Shown: one piece after another, positions 33,981 to 43,497 of the stretch
Layout of the letters: each line of letters opens with the position of its first letter
Position numbering within the stretch: position 1 is the stretch's first letter
IMG/VR virus record: IMGVR_UViG_3300045921_000146
Span: 33,515-97,514 of that record
Strand: one strand, 5' to 3'
Source: a virus
Length of the DNA: 64,000 bases
Program-made: the position numbers and the translations under genes
Notes under the pieces: model-generated
Databases searched by the model: none
Told to the model about the DNA's origin: nothing
The model's input: the letters and a program-made list of their open reading frames with translations, nothing else

Positions 33981-35591
33981 ATGAGCGTTCAGTACAATAC
34001 CGAAGGTAGCCCCTTAAAAATACACGAATTAGATATTCAGCAATTAGCTTTATGGCTAAATGAAAAAGGAGTTAGAACTACTCAAGGTAAATTAGTTATG
34101 CCTCTACACACTGGGCATTTAGAAGTACTAGAAGACCAAGCTCGGTATAAAGTTTTAGCCTGCGGAAGACGTTGGGGAAAAACTCTATTAACTTCATTAG
34201 TAGCTCTTGCTGTATTAATGCAAATAAATAGGCGAGTGTGGGTGGTAGGCCCAGACTACACTTTAGCGGAAAAAGTTTTCAGAGAGCTGTATAACATTTT
34301 AGTGACTCAACTAAAAATAATTCAGCCAGGTAAGCCAGGTAAAGGTAGAGCCCGTTTTCAAAAAGGGGATTACTATTTACAGACCCCCTGGGGTAGCGTA
34401 CTTGAAGCTAAATCTATGGAACGACCAGACGGATTAGCTGGGGAAGCTAATGACCTAGTTATCGTAGACGAGGCCGCTTTACAAGTTAACTTAGACGATA
34501 TTTGGACTCAAATGCTGAGACCTACTTTAATGGATAAAGAAGGTTCAGCTATTTTTATTAGCACCCCCCGAGGAAAAAACGGATTTTATAAATTGTTCTT
34601 AAACGGGCAAGTAGGAAATAAACAGAGGTCGGGAGAACTTAAAGTAGTAAAAGACCCAAATAAAAATATCGACAACGATATGACTGAATGGAGTTCTTTT
34701 CAAAAAAGTAGTTATACCAACCCTATGATTTCTTCTACTCCCGAAAAGAGCAAAGAAGAAATTGACCAAGCCTACAGAGAAGCCGTATTATCGGGAAAAC
34801 TATTAAAATTTAAGCAAGAATACCTTGCAGATTTTGAAGCAGTTTCTGATAGTTGTTTTCCAGGATTTATTACTGAAATTTCTGAGTCGGACAAGCCTCC
34901 ACACGTAACCCCGTATAATTGGCACCCAGACGAAGGGCCAGTATACGCAGCTTGCGACCACAACTTCGCTAAACCTGCCAGCACTATTTTTGCGCAGGTA
35001 AATAAATTTGGCGACGTTATAATTTTCGACGAACTCTTTACTCCTCATACTACGACCTATATGCAGGCCACTATGATTAAGGAGAAAGAACTTAAATTAA
35101 CAGAAATAGCTTTTCAGATGTGGGAAAAACAAAACCTACCAATGATACACAGAAAACGCATAAGATTTGAAGAAGTCGTAGCGGACGTATCAGGAAACCA
35201 AGTTCAGTTAAACGGTCGTTCAGCTTGGGACGATTTTCAAGAAGTATTAGGAAAAAGACCTGTAGGACTTAAACAGGATCGAGAAATTGGTTGCAACATG
35301 GTTCGATTATGGATGAATTTTCCTAAATTTGGACCAAAAGGCGAACCTTTGATGACCGAGACCGGAGAGCAAATAACTTACCCCAAGTTATTTATTACTC
35401 CCAACTGCGTAAACCTTATATATGCAATTAGTACGGCCAAATTTAAGGCTGGTAAAAACGGCATACTTAGAGAAGACTACGAAGAAACTCCAGAAGGTTA
35501 CGAAGGTTTATTAGACGCTTTACGATACCTATTAGTTTATCTGTTCCACGACACAGGACAAACTTTGACTATTATTAAAGGAGTGCAGTAA
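33981..35591 (+). CDS. terL: terminase large subunit
   Basis: CGRRWGKT Walker A, VIVDEAA Walker B, ISTPRGKN, FKQEYLADF, nuclease D..N / DALRY. Confidence 0.95.
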   Translation: MSVQYNTEGSPLKIHELDIQQLALWLNEKGVRTTQGKLVMPLHTGHLEVLEDQARYKVLACGRRWGKTLLTSLVALAVLMQINRRVWVVGPDYTLAEKVFRELYNILVTQLKIIQPGKPGKGRARFQKGDYYLQTPWGSVLEAKSMERPDGLAGEANDLVIVDEAALQVNLDDIWTQMLRPTLMDKEGSAIFISTPRGKNGFYKLFLNGQVGNKQRSGELKVVKDPNKNIDNDMTEWSSFQKSSYTNPMISSTPEKSKEEIDQAYREAVLSGKLLKFKQEYLADFEAVSDSCFPGFITEISESDKPPHVTPYNWHPDEGPVYAACDHNFAKPASTIFAQVNKFGDVIIFDELFTPHTTTYMQATMIKEKELKLTEIAFQMWEKQNLPMIHRKRIRFEEVVADVSGNQVQLNGRSAWDDFQEVLGKRPVGLKQDREIGCNMVRLWMNFPKFGPKGEPLMTETGEQITYPKLFITPNCVNLIYAISTAKFKAGKNGILREDYEETPEGYEGLLDALRYLLVYLFHDTGQTLTIIKGVQ

Positions 35592-35908
35592 TGGCAACTC
35601 AAGGATACAAGAAAAAAGACTTAAACCGAGTCTTACAAAGAGGGAATGGAGTTTCTGTTTCTACAGTCCTTATGGACGCTAATACAACGGAAGACACTGT
35701 AGAAATTGGATTTCCTGCAGAAAAAGTAACTTTAGTTACTACTGGCAATTTAGTAGTTACCGCTACACCTAAAATTGGATCGGCAAACGCTCACGCTGGT
35801 ATTATAGCAAACAACACTGTAAGTACTACTACTACTTCAAATATGTTTACAGGAATTGTTGTTACTAGAACTTCAGGGGCAGGCAAACTTTTGATCTTGG
35901 CTCGGTAA
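35591..35908 (+). CDS. hypothetical (possible virion) protein
   Basis: Thr-rich beta protein in the late operon. Confidence 0.5.
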   Translation: MATQGYKKKDLNRVLQRGNGVSVSTVLMDANTTEDTVEIGFPAEKVTLVTTGNLVVTATPKIGSANAHAGIIANNTVSTTTTSNMFTGIVVTRTSGAGKLLILAR

Positions 35909-35910
35909 TT

Positions 35911-36138
35911 ATGGTTTCTGTAATTTATAGAAAAAATAAATTATTTATTATAGATAAATCAAAAATTAAAGCCGATTCTAAAGTCGATGAAATTTGCAAT
36001 AGTTTATACGCTGAAATTTATTCCGAGTTTGTCGGAGCAAGCAGTAACGCCAAATATAAACATTTAGCTTCTAAAGATATGTTAGAAGAAATAAACAAAT
36101 TTGCTTATGTTTGGCTTAAAAAAAGAGGATTAATATAA
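35911..36138 (+). CDS. hypothetical protein
   Basis: In operon. Confidence 0.5.
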   Translation: MVSVIYRKNKLFIIDKSKIKADSKVDEICNSLYAEIYSEFVGASSNAKYKHLASKDMLEEINKFAYVWLKKRGLI

Positions 36139-36416
36139 TGGCTAACAAAAAGTTATCTAGCTCTATTTCAACTAAAACTCAAGGGAATAAGTTGGAAAAA
36201 GAGACTGCACCAGAAAAACCAGCCGCCGCCCAAGCTCCAGTAAACGGGCTTACGGGCCGAGGGGCTGGAGATTTGTACGCTTATGGAGTCAGAGGGCTAA
36301 TGGAGCAGGCTAAAACCATGCAAGGTAGTAGAACTGGCTTTTTAGGTAAAGAAAAAGTTACTATCGACCTCGGCGCACATTGCGACGGCGAAATGTTATA
36401 CAAAAAGAAAAAATAA
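36138..36416 (+). CDS. basic hypothetical protein
   Basis: GAGG RBS; Lys-rich. Confidence 0.55.
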   Translation: MANKKLSSSISTKTQGNKLEKETAPEKPAAAQAPVNGLTGRGAGDLYAYGVRGLMEQAKTMQGSRTGFLGKEKVTIDLGAHCDGEMLYKKKK

Positions 36417-36428
36417 GGAGAATTAAAC

Positions 36429-36734
36429 ATGGCAAAAAAGACTATGGCTTACGCTCATAAAGGAGCAAAAGTTCAGCCTGATACTAAATCGTCCCATAGC
36501 CCCAAAGAGTTTGACTCTAAAGCTTCTATGGCACCTATGCACAAACCTAAAATGGTTCACGCTGAACCTGCAGGCCCCTTTCAGTACCCAAAAAACGACG
36601 AACAGAGCATGAAACTTGAACATAAAAAGAAAGCTCTGCCTCTTAAAGACGCTCCTAAAGGAGTAGCTGGACCTAACGGCGGCAAATCTATGCCTATGCC
36701 AAAAAGCGGCGGCCTTGGCGAAGGTGAAGTGTAA
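36429..36734 (+). CDS. basic low-complexity protein (possible internal head protein)
   Basis: K/P/M-rich; AAGGAG RBS. Confidence 0.55.
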   Translation: MAKKTMAYAHKGAKVQPDTKSSHSPKEFDSKASMAPMHKPKMVHAEPAGPFQYPKNDEQSMKLEHKKKALPLKDAPKGVAGPNGGKSMPMPKSGGLGEGEV

Positions 36735-36803
36735 TAACTATCTAGACTTTAGATAGCTTGAGGAATAGAGTTCCTCACCCTACCTTTAGAGAAGGAGGCA
36801 TAA

Positions 36804-38747
36804 GTGTCTTTTAATTTAGGAATAGCGAGCCATCCTACCAGTAGAATTGGAGCCTTAAGCTCTGTTGGAGTCTACTTGTATGAGGACGTTTATTATCGAC
36901 AATGGATTAGTGAAATTGCCTTAGCATTCTATGAAGGAAGACAGGATGAATTTGTTTACTTAGACTTAGTAAGGCAATTTAGAAATCCAGAAAAACAACA
37001 AATTATCCCTATAAATTTAACTAGGGAAATTATTGACGAAATCAGTATTTTATATCAAGAAGAACCTGTTTACCAAGTTGTAGACGAAAAAGGTAATGTG
37101 GTAGAAAAAGACCAAAAACTTTGGGACGAAATTCGCCAAAAGGCAAGATACAATCAAATAATGGACAAAGTTGACCGATGGTGCAACTTATTAGGTACAG
37201 TTTTGATTAAAGTGTCTTTTATTGACCCTAATACTGGATTGTTAGTTGGAGAAAATTCTCCAGGTCAGATTCAGTTGGACGTTATGCATGGAGGCGTGTA
37301 CGACGTTAAGTCTGGAGCTAGTCCTTATTATATTACAGAACTTCTTATTGGTTTTAGTAAAAATTTTGCTGGTTTTGCTCACGAAAGGGGCGCAACCAGT
37401 GCTGCGGGACCTTTAGGACTCAATATTGCAGGGGCTATACCTGACCCAGGTAGTATGGGCGTCTCGGACGCTCGCTATACTAAACGAGGTAGCGTAGCAT
37501 ATAAAGCAGCAAAAGATATTAAACAATTAGGTAAAATTAATAGAATTTATTGGTCTCCTACTTCACATTTACAAGTAGATGCTGACGATAATGGGTATGA
37601 AAGTGATAATCCGTACGGAATTGTTCCGGCGGTTCCATTTTTTAATTCTGACCCAGCGCACTATTATTTTTTACCTATCAATGAACCTCTCATTTACGCT
37701 AACCATGCAACAAATATGAGGCTTACTGATTTAAACCATATTGCAAAATTTCAATCTTTTGGAGTACCAGTACTTAAAGGAGTCGAGAGAATGACTTCTA
37801 CTAGGCATGGTAGACCTGTAGATGACCTTAATCAACTTAAAGGTGGTGGAGCCACTTCTAGGTTTGGCGGTATAGGAAATTTTGGAGCTTTTGGTGCAGG
37901 AGGCCAATTTAGAACTTTTGATGCCGGATTAGGAGGCTTTCAAGACGGAAATGCTGAAGCTAATAAATTAGGTCTGAGTTTAGGACCTGACACGGCGGTT
38001 GCGGTAGGAGAAAAGGGAGATTTCAAGTTTGCTCATCCAAGCGCAGACATTACGGGACTAGTCCGTACTATTCACTCCATGACCGATATGGTCAGAATTA
38101 ATCACGGATTAAGACCTAAATACGAGCAGCAATTACCGAGTTCAGGTTTTGCTATATTAATGGAAAAAATTGGAGTTATAGGTAATAACGTTCGTAGATC
38201 TAGATTATTTAAAGAAAGAGAACAGCAACTTTTTGAAACTATTAAAAAACTTTGGAACACTCACCATCAAGAGTCTGGACAAAGACGATTTTCAGAAAGT
38301 TCAAGATTAGAAATTACATATAAAATACCAGAATTTCCAGTAGATCCAAAAACTAAAGTTGAACAAATTATGATGGAAACTAAGTTAATGGAGTCTGGAG
38401 ATACTGCAGCTATTAAAAAAATACTGCCTCATCTTACTGATGCAGAAGTGAAAGCTAAATTGAAAGAATGGAAAAACGACTACCAAAAACAACAATTGTT
38501 CAAAGCAAAAGTGGAAGTTGAGAAAGCAAAATTGTTTCAAGAAGCCGGAATTGAGAGTTCTAGTTTTGTTAATAGTGTAGGCTCAGGAGGAGTCAAATCT
38601 ACTACAACTGGAAGTACCAAGGTTGGTTCTGATAGTGCAGCTAAAGCAGTTGGAGTTGCTGAACCTAAGATGGATAACAAAGTTAAACATTCTGAGGAAA
38701 GCAGCAAACAACCTGCTCGAAATGGCGACCAAAGAGCCAAGGAGTAA
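36804..38747 (+). CDS. portal protein
   Basis: Position between TerL and scaffold; AFYEGRQ, NLTREIID, NPYGIVP, SSGFAI motifs typical of SPP1-like portals. Confidence 0.85.
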   Translation: MSFNLGIASHPTSRIGALSSVGVYLYEDVYYRQWISEIALAFYEGRQDEFVYLDLVRQFRNPEKQQIIPINLTREIIDEISILYQEEPVYQVVDEKGNVVEKDQKLWDEIRQKARYNQIMDKVDRWCNLLGTVLIKVSFIDPNTGLLVGENSPGQIQLDVMHGGVYDVKSGASPYYITELLIGFSKNFAGFAHERGATSAAGPLGLNIAGAIPDPGSMGVSDARYTKRGSVAYKAAKDIKQLGKINRIYWSPTSHLQVDADDNGYESDNPYGIVPAVPFFNSDPAHYYFLPINEPLIYANHATNMRLTDLNHIAKFQSFGVPVLKGVERMTSTRHGRPVDDLNQLKGGGATSRFGGIGNFGAFGAGGQFRTFDAGLGGFQDGNAEANKLGLSLGPDTAVAVGEKGDFKFAHPSADITGLVRTIHSMTDMVRINHGLRPKYEQQLPSSGFAILMEKIGVIGNNVRRSRLFKEREQQLFETIKKLWNTHHQESGQRRFSESSRLEITYKIPEFPVDPKTKVEQIMMETKLMESGDTAAIKKILPHLTDAEVKAKLKEWKNDYQKQQLFKAKVEVEKAKLFQEAGIESSSFVNSVGSGGVKSTTTGSTKVGSDSAAKAVGVAEPKMDNKVKHSEESSKQPARNGDQRAKE

Positions 38748-38749
38748 GA

Positions 38750-39100
38750 ATGAGTAAAGTAGAGGAGAAAGTAGAAACTGTATATGAGGTAATGCTCGTA
38801 CGAACTGATAGGGAATTTCCTATAATAGTACATCAGTCTACTAATTATGACGAATGCTATGTAAAGTGGCAAGAATTACACCAAAAGTGGCAAGAGAGTA
38901 GCGACAATAATAAAGTTTTTATTATGGACGAACCTTTTGTCACCGCATTTAACCCTTTATTAATTAGGGAAATTACACTAAGACCTATTGTAGAGCAATC
39001 GGTCGGAAAACATAAAAACCCGTACCAACAAAAAATGATTGATAAGGGTTTATCTAATATGTTGGGCGGCTCCGATATTCTAGACGGAGGATATAGGTAA
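38750..39100 (+). CDS. hypothetical protein
   Basis: In head operon. Confidence 0.55.
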   Translation: MSKVEEKVETVYEVMLVRTDREFPIIVHQSTNYDECYVKWQELHQKWQESSDNNKVFIMDEPFVTAFNPLLIREITLRPIVEQSVGKHKNPYQQKMIDKGLSNMLGGSDILDGGYR

Positions 39101-39129
39101 TTTCAAACTAGTAGAGCTAGGAGAAAAAA

Positions 39130-40077
39130 ATGGATATGAAAAGAGGCGATGACTTGTTTAAAAAGGTAGGTCAAAAAGACCAATCTACTGCAGCAGAAGG
39201 GTCGGCATTAGCCGAACCAACACAGAACAGTGCTTCTGCTGGGAAAGAAGTTAACAATGCTGTGAGTGCTAAATCTGACGACCTTACTGCGCAAGCAGCC
39301 GGGACGGGGCAGATGAGTGCTGAGGTAGATTCCTCAAAAAGAGCAGATTCTGGTAAGCAAGAGGCTGAAGGAAGTAGTCCTATCAAAGACCCAAGTTCTT
39401 GGGACGAAGATAGCAAGTTTAAAGAAATTAAAAAACTTCGTGAAGAAAATAAAATTTCTCGTCTAAAGTACGAGCAGAGTTTAGCAGAACTTAAAAAAGA
39501 AGCTGACGCTCGACTCGAAGCAGAAAGACAGAAAATTAAGGAATACGAAGACGCTAAAAAAGAACTTGACAAACTAAAAGCTCAAGAAGAGGACAAAAAA
39601 AGAGACCTTAACGAAAAACTCTCTCATCGGGAAAAGAAAATTGCCGAGCTGGAAAGTTACCTTGAATCAAAAGACCGAGAGTACCAACGTCAGTTGGAAG
39701 ATTACAAGGTAAAATTGACGGAGCTAGAAGCAGACCGACAAGTGAGAATGGAAGGTTATCGCAAAAGAGTGCAAGAGGAACTAGACCAAGTTCCTGAAAA
39801 ATTTAGAGATTATGCTAACCTAATTGTTAAAGGTGCAGAAGACCCACAAGATGCTTTGATTGCAATTCAAGAAGCCAAAATGAAAGGCTTGTTTGAAGAT
39901 AAAAAAGTTATCGTTAACCATAGCGTACCAACTGCTGCTGACGGAGCCCGAGCTTCTAAGGAACAGATGGAATTGGCTGCTAAGGCTAGAGATAAAATGA
40001 CGCCACAACAAAAAATTAAAGCTGGCTTAGATGCAATCAGATCAGGGCAACCAAATTCTGCCTTTAAAACAAGATAA
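39130..40077 (+). CDS. capsid scaffolding protein
   Basis: Charged coiled coil (IKKLREEN..R) directly before the capsid gene. Confidence 0.75.
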   Translation: MDMKRGDDLFKKVGQKDQSTAAEGSALAEPTQNSASAGKEVNNAVSAKSDDLTAQAAGTGQMSAEVDSSKRADSGKQEAEGSSPIKDPSSWDEDSKFKEIKKLREENKISRLKYEQSLAELKKEADARLEAERQKIKEYEDAKKELDKLKAQEEDKKRDLNEKLSHREKKIAELESYLESKDREYQRQLEDYKVKLTELEADRQVRMEGYRKRVQEELDQVPEKFRDYANLIVKGAEDPQDALIAIQEAKMKGLFEDKKVIVNHSVPTAADGARASKEQMELAAKARDKMTPQQKIKAGLDAIRSGQPNSAFKTR

Positions 40078-40095
40078 TTTAAGGAGATTTAATAA

Positions 40096-41433
40096 ATGTC
40101 TCAAGTTATTTCTTTAACCGATGCCGCAGCGTTGTCTAACAACATCCTGATCGAAGGCATTGTTTCAGATATTATTACTGTTGACCGTTGGTTTAAAAGC
40201 CTTCCCTTCGTAGTTTTTGAAGGTCTCGCTTATACCTTTACTCGTGAAAAGCGACTAGCTAAAGCTGCTTTCGCTCGCCCCACGACTAACCTTAACCAAG
40301 CTAAGTATCAAGCTGGCGCTACTTTCGAGAGCGTAAACGTCAACCTTTCTGCTATTATTGCTGAGATCATTATTGATGGTCAAATTGAAGACCAATTTTC
40401 TGAAACCAACAGCCAACTGCAGGTTCAGATTTCTTCCAAAGCCAAAGCTATTGCTCGTATCTATATGTCTTCCGTTATCAACGGTCGTCGTGGCGAGACT
40501 TTGGTTCAATCTAACAACGGCCCTATCGGTATCGCTGGTGGATTTGATGGTATGAAGCGCATTCTTGACGCTGAGCAAGGCAACGTTGACGATGTCAACC
40601 ACCCTTTCTTTAATAATGGTCAAGCAACTCAGACTTTGACTCTTGTCGAAGATGATCCTGCTTCTCCTCGTGCTGGTTTAGAGGGTCGAGTTTACACCCT
40701 TGAAGATTTGGATGATTTGATTGACCGTGTTACTGCAGCCCCTGTAGAATTCCTTATGATGAATTCTCGTGAAATTCGTACACTTCGTACACTGCTTCGT
40801 AACACTGGTGGCGGTACTGATGCTTACATGATTCAACAAGCTGGTCTCGGTAGCGAGAAGCCCGTACTCATGTATCAAGATGTCGCTGTGTATCGAAATG
40901 ATTTTATTTCTAAAGCTGAGCCTGTAAACTCTGTTGAGCTTGTAATCTCTTCTGTAACTGATGCCGACACTCTGGTTCTCGCTGCAGACCCTGCTTTGAC
41001 TGTTGGTGCTGGAAATGTTAAGCACCTTCTTGTTCGTGGAGCTGACGACGGCGTACTGTATCGCTATGAGGTAGATTCTGCTTCTGGCGCTACTCTGAAT
41101 ATGGCAGACGTAGCAGGAAGCTTCTTTGACCCAGAGTCTAACGAAACTCTTACTCGCCGAGCATTGAATTCTGCTGGACTTATCATTGGCGGAAGCACTG
41201 CTGTTGTTGCAGAGCGTGTTGATGGTTCTAGCATTTATTGCGGATGCTTTGGTGAACTTAAAGGTGTTGTAGGATTTACTTCTTCCAACAATGCTGGACT
41301 TAAAATGGAGTATGTAGGTCCTCGTGAAAACGAGAATGCTTATCAGTACCGATTGAAGTGGTATTGTGGATTTGACCTGTATAACCGTTTGGCTCTGGCT
41401 CGTATGGATAAAGTACTCGCCCTTGGCGCCTAA
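40096..41433 (+). CDS. major capsid protein
   Basis: SLTDAAAL...LPF..FEG.AY...RE, GFDGM, YRLKWYCG; strong codon bias; followed by a terminator. Confidence 0.9.
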   Translation: MSQVISLTDAAALSNNILIEGIVSDIITVDRWFKSLPFVVFEGLAYTFTREKRLAKAAFARPTTNLNQAKYQAGATFESVNVNLSAIIAEIIIDGQIEDQFSETNSQLQVQISSKAKAIARIYMSSVINGRRGETLVQSNNGPIGIAGGFDGMKRILDAEQGNVDDVNHPFFNNGQATQTLTLVEDDPASPRAGLEGRVYTLEDLDDLIDRVTAAPVEFLMMNSREIRTLRTLLRNTGGGTDAYMIQQAGLGSEKPVLMYQDVAVYRNDFISKAEPVNSVELVISSVTDADTLVLAADPALTVGAGNVKHLLVRGADDGVLYRYEVDSASGATLNMADVAGSFFDPESNETLTRRALNSAGLIIGGSTAVVAERVDGSSIYCGCFGELKGVVGFTSSNNAGLKMEYVGPRENENAYQYRLKWYCGFDLYNRLALARMDKVLALGA

Positions 41434-41442
41434 TTAATTTTT

Positions 41443-41469
41443 TAAGGGGGCTTCGGCCCCCTTATTTTT
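41443..41469 (+). terminator. intrinsic terminator
   Basis: TAAGGGGGC-TTCG-GCCCCCTTA + T tract. Confidence 0.85.
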
Positions 41470-41500
41470 CACCTATCGGTAGAGCCGAGGAGGTTTTAGT

Positions 41501-42181
41501 ATGTCTGTTTGGACTACAAAAACATTAAATAAAAATGCAAATTATATCGTTATTAGACATTCTTTGAGAGGGGTTAATGGTAACGTATATGGAATTAAAT
41601 TTAGAGACAGTTATGGGGTTGTAGAAAAAGACAGCAAACTGTACGCAAAATTAAAAAAAATGCCAATGTTTAAAGGTAATTGTGAATTTCCGCTACTATT
41701 TTTGGCTAAGTTGCCATTTATTACTAGACCTTTAGATATAAAACAAGTTTACGGACAAGAAGTTTACACGAAGTACTTACAAGCTGTCGAAGATGAGCAG
41801 AGACGAGCTGAGTTAGCAAAAATTGAAGAAAAAAAACAAATTCAAGAACAAAGAGTTCAAGAACTTGAAAAAGTACAAGAAATTCAAGAAAAGCTAAAAG
41901 AGGCTCAAGAGTCAGAAGACCTTGAAAAAATTGAACAGCTAAAAGCTGAAATGCCTCAAGTTACTAAGTGTTCCTATATTACTGTGCATGACACTTTATG
42001 TGCCCATGATGCCTGGGAGTGCAGCCCAAGTGGTTATTGTAAACTACACGTAGTAGACGACCCTCGTTTAGAGGAGTTTGATATCAAAAAACCAATGGCT
42101 ATGACTAAATCGGAAAAGAAAAAATTTAGAGCTAAGGTTTATGAAAAACTAGAAAAACTTAAAAAACAAGGTAAATTCTAA
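41501..42181 (+). CDS. hypothetical protein with coiled coil and C/H motif
   Basis: C...C...YCKLH. Confidence 0.55.
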   Translation: MSVWTTKTLNKNANYIVIRHSLRGVNGNVYGIKFRDSYGVVEKDSKLYAKLKKMPMFKGNCEFPLLFLAKLPFITRPLDIKQVYGQEVYTKYLQAVEDEQRRAELAKIEEKKQIQEQRVQELEKVQEIQEKLKEAQESEDLEKIEQLKAEMPQVTKCSYITVHDTLCAHDAWECSPSGYCKLHVVDDPRLEEFDIKKPMAMTKSEKKKFRAKVYEKLEKLKKQGKF

Positions 42182-42315
42182 TGGGGCGATTAAAAATTAC
42201 TCCAAATAATAGCAAAATTAAAGCTGTTAATAAAGACCTGTTGACTAAGTTACTTCTAGTAACCATATTAAGTTTGAATGTTTTAATAGCTTTAAAACTG
42301 TTTGAGGTCATTTAA
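42181..42315 (+). CDS. 44-aa membrane peptide
   Basis: Not in track; MGRLKITP...LLLVTILSLNVLIALKLFEVI. Confidence 0.45.
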   Translation: MGRLKITPNNSKIKAVNKDLLTKLLLVTILSLNVLIALKLFEVI

Positions 42316-43497
42316 ATGAGCGCAAGACTTACTAAATTTCCAAAAAATTCTAATAGAAGCGTACATGGAGGCACTACCATTATTGGTAAAAACGGCTTAC
42401 CTGTAGACGCTTTAGCAACTTTGGAGCCAGGTTTACAGCTACTAGCTGGACCTAATTTAGTAAGCTTTAGCTCCCCTACAGTTACCGTACAAGGGTCAGT
42501 AGACCTGAGCGTAGTCAGTAACCACACTGTTTTCCTACATACAGGAATTATAATTTTTACTGACAGCAATAAACAGTCATATTTTATAGATAAAAATAGT
42601 ATTGATAATACTGCCAAAACTTTTGATATATATTTAGACGAAGAATTAACTCAACCCGTATTAAATTTACCTACAACTGCCTGGATTATTTCCGAGGCGG
42701 AGCTAGTTAACAGACTGCAAACTACTAGTACAGCAGTTATAGATACAGTTGAGTTTAGAGGTATAGACGCAAAATTATCTCTTAGCGGAGCAGACGGAGA
42801 TTCCTTTAAGTTAGTAGACTCTCAAGGCGACGAATTACTAGTCGAAGCTGACGGAAGTATTAACGTAAACGTTCAAAATATTAGTATAGACGCAGCGGAC
42901 GGCGACAGCGTACTTATCACTGGCACGCAAGACGGAACTCCTACAGGAACTCAAAATACAGCTAAAATCACCGCAGATAAAAAATTGTGGGTAAAAGCCG
43001 AAGATTTAGAGTTATTACTGGCCGACATTTACTCTGAGTTGCAATTAAAAGCAAATACTACAGACGCCCAAAATATACGAAATTTAAATAGTTTGCAAGA
43101 CTCGGTATCTGTGCCAGGTGTAGCAACTCAGGCTGAACAAGTACTCAGTAACACCTTTTTAGCGAGTATAGAAACTGAATTACAAAACTTAAATTCTAAG
43201 AAAATTTCCGGGTTTCCAACTTTAGACCCAGATTCTATTCAGTTAGTAGGTTCTATTGACGGAACAGAAACTGGAACTAAATTTGGACTAGTTTATAACT
43301 TAAGGCAGCAGATTTTAGCAGCTCACGACAGAGAACAAGAAATAACTTACGCAGATTTTGGAACCAAAAACCAAAGAGTTACTCAAATAGATTATACGAG
43401 TCCCACATTTCCAGGCGTTATTGCAAGAAAAGAGTTGGCATATACGCTTGTAGGGAACCGATATCGAAGAGACGAAATAACATGGAGCATAGTATGA
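42316..43497 (+). CDS. putative virion structural/decoration protein
   Basis: Repeated A.DGDS and DGSINV motifs; late operon. Confidence 0.55.
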   Translation: MSARLTKFPKNSNRSVHGGTTIIGKNGLPVDALATLEPGLQLLAGPNLVSFSSPTVTVQGSVDLSVVSNHTVFLHTGIIIFTDSNKQSYFIDKNSIDNTAKTFDIYLDEELTQPVLNLPTTAWIISEAELVNRLQTTSTAVIDTVEFRGIDAKLSLSGADGDSFKLVDSQGDELLVEADGSINVNVQNISIDAADGDSVLITGTQDGTPTGTQNTAKITADKKLWVKAEDLELLLADIYSELQLKANTTDAQNIRNLNSLQDSVSVPGVATQAEQVLSNTFLASIETELQNLNSKKISGFPTLDPDSIQLVGSIDGTETGTKFGLVYNLRQQILAAHDREQEITYADFGTKNQRVTQIDYTSPTFPGVIARKELAYTLVGNRYRRDEITWSIV

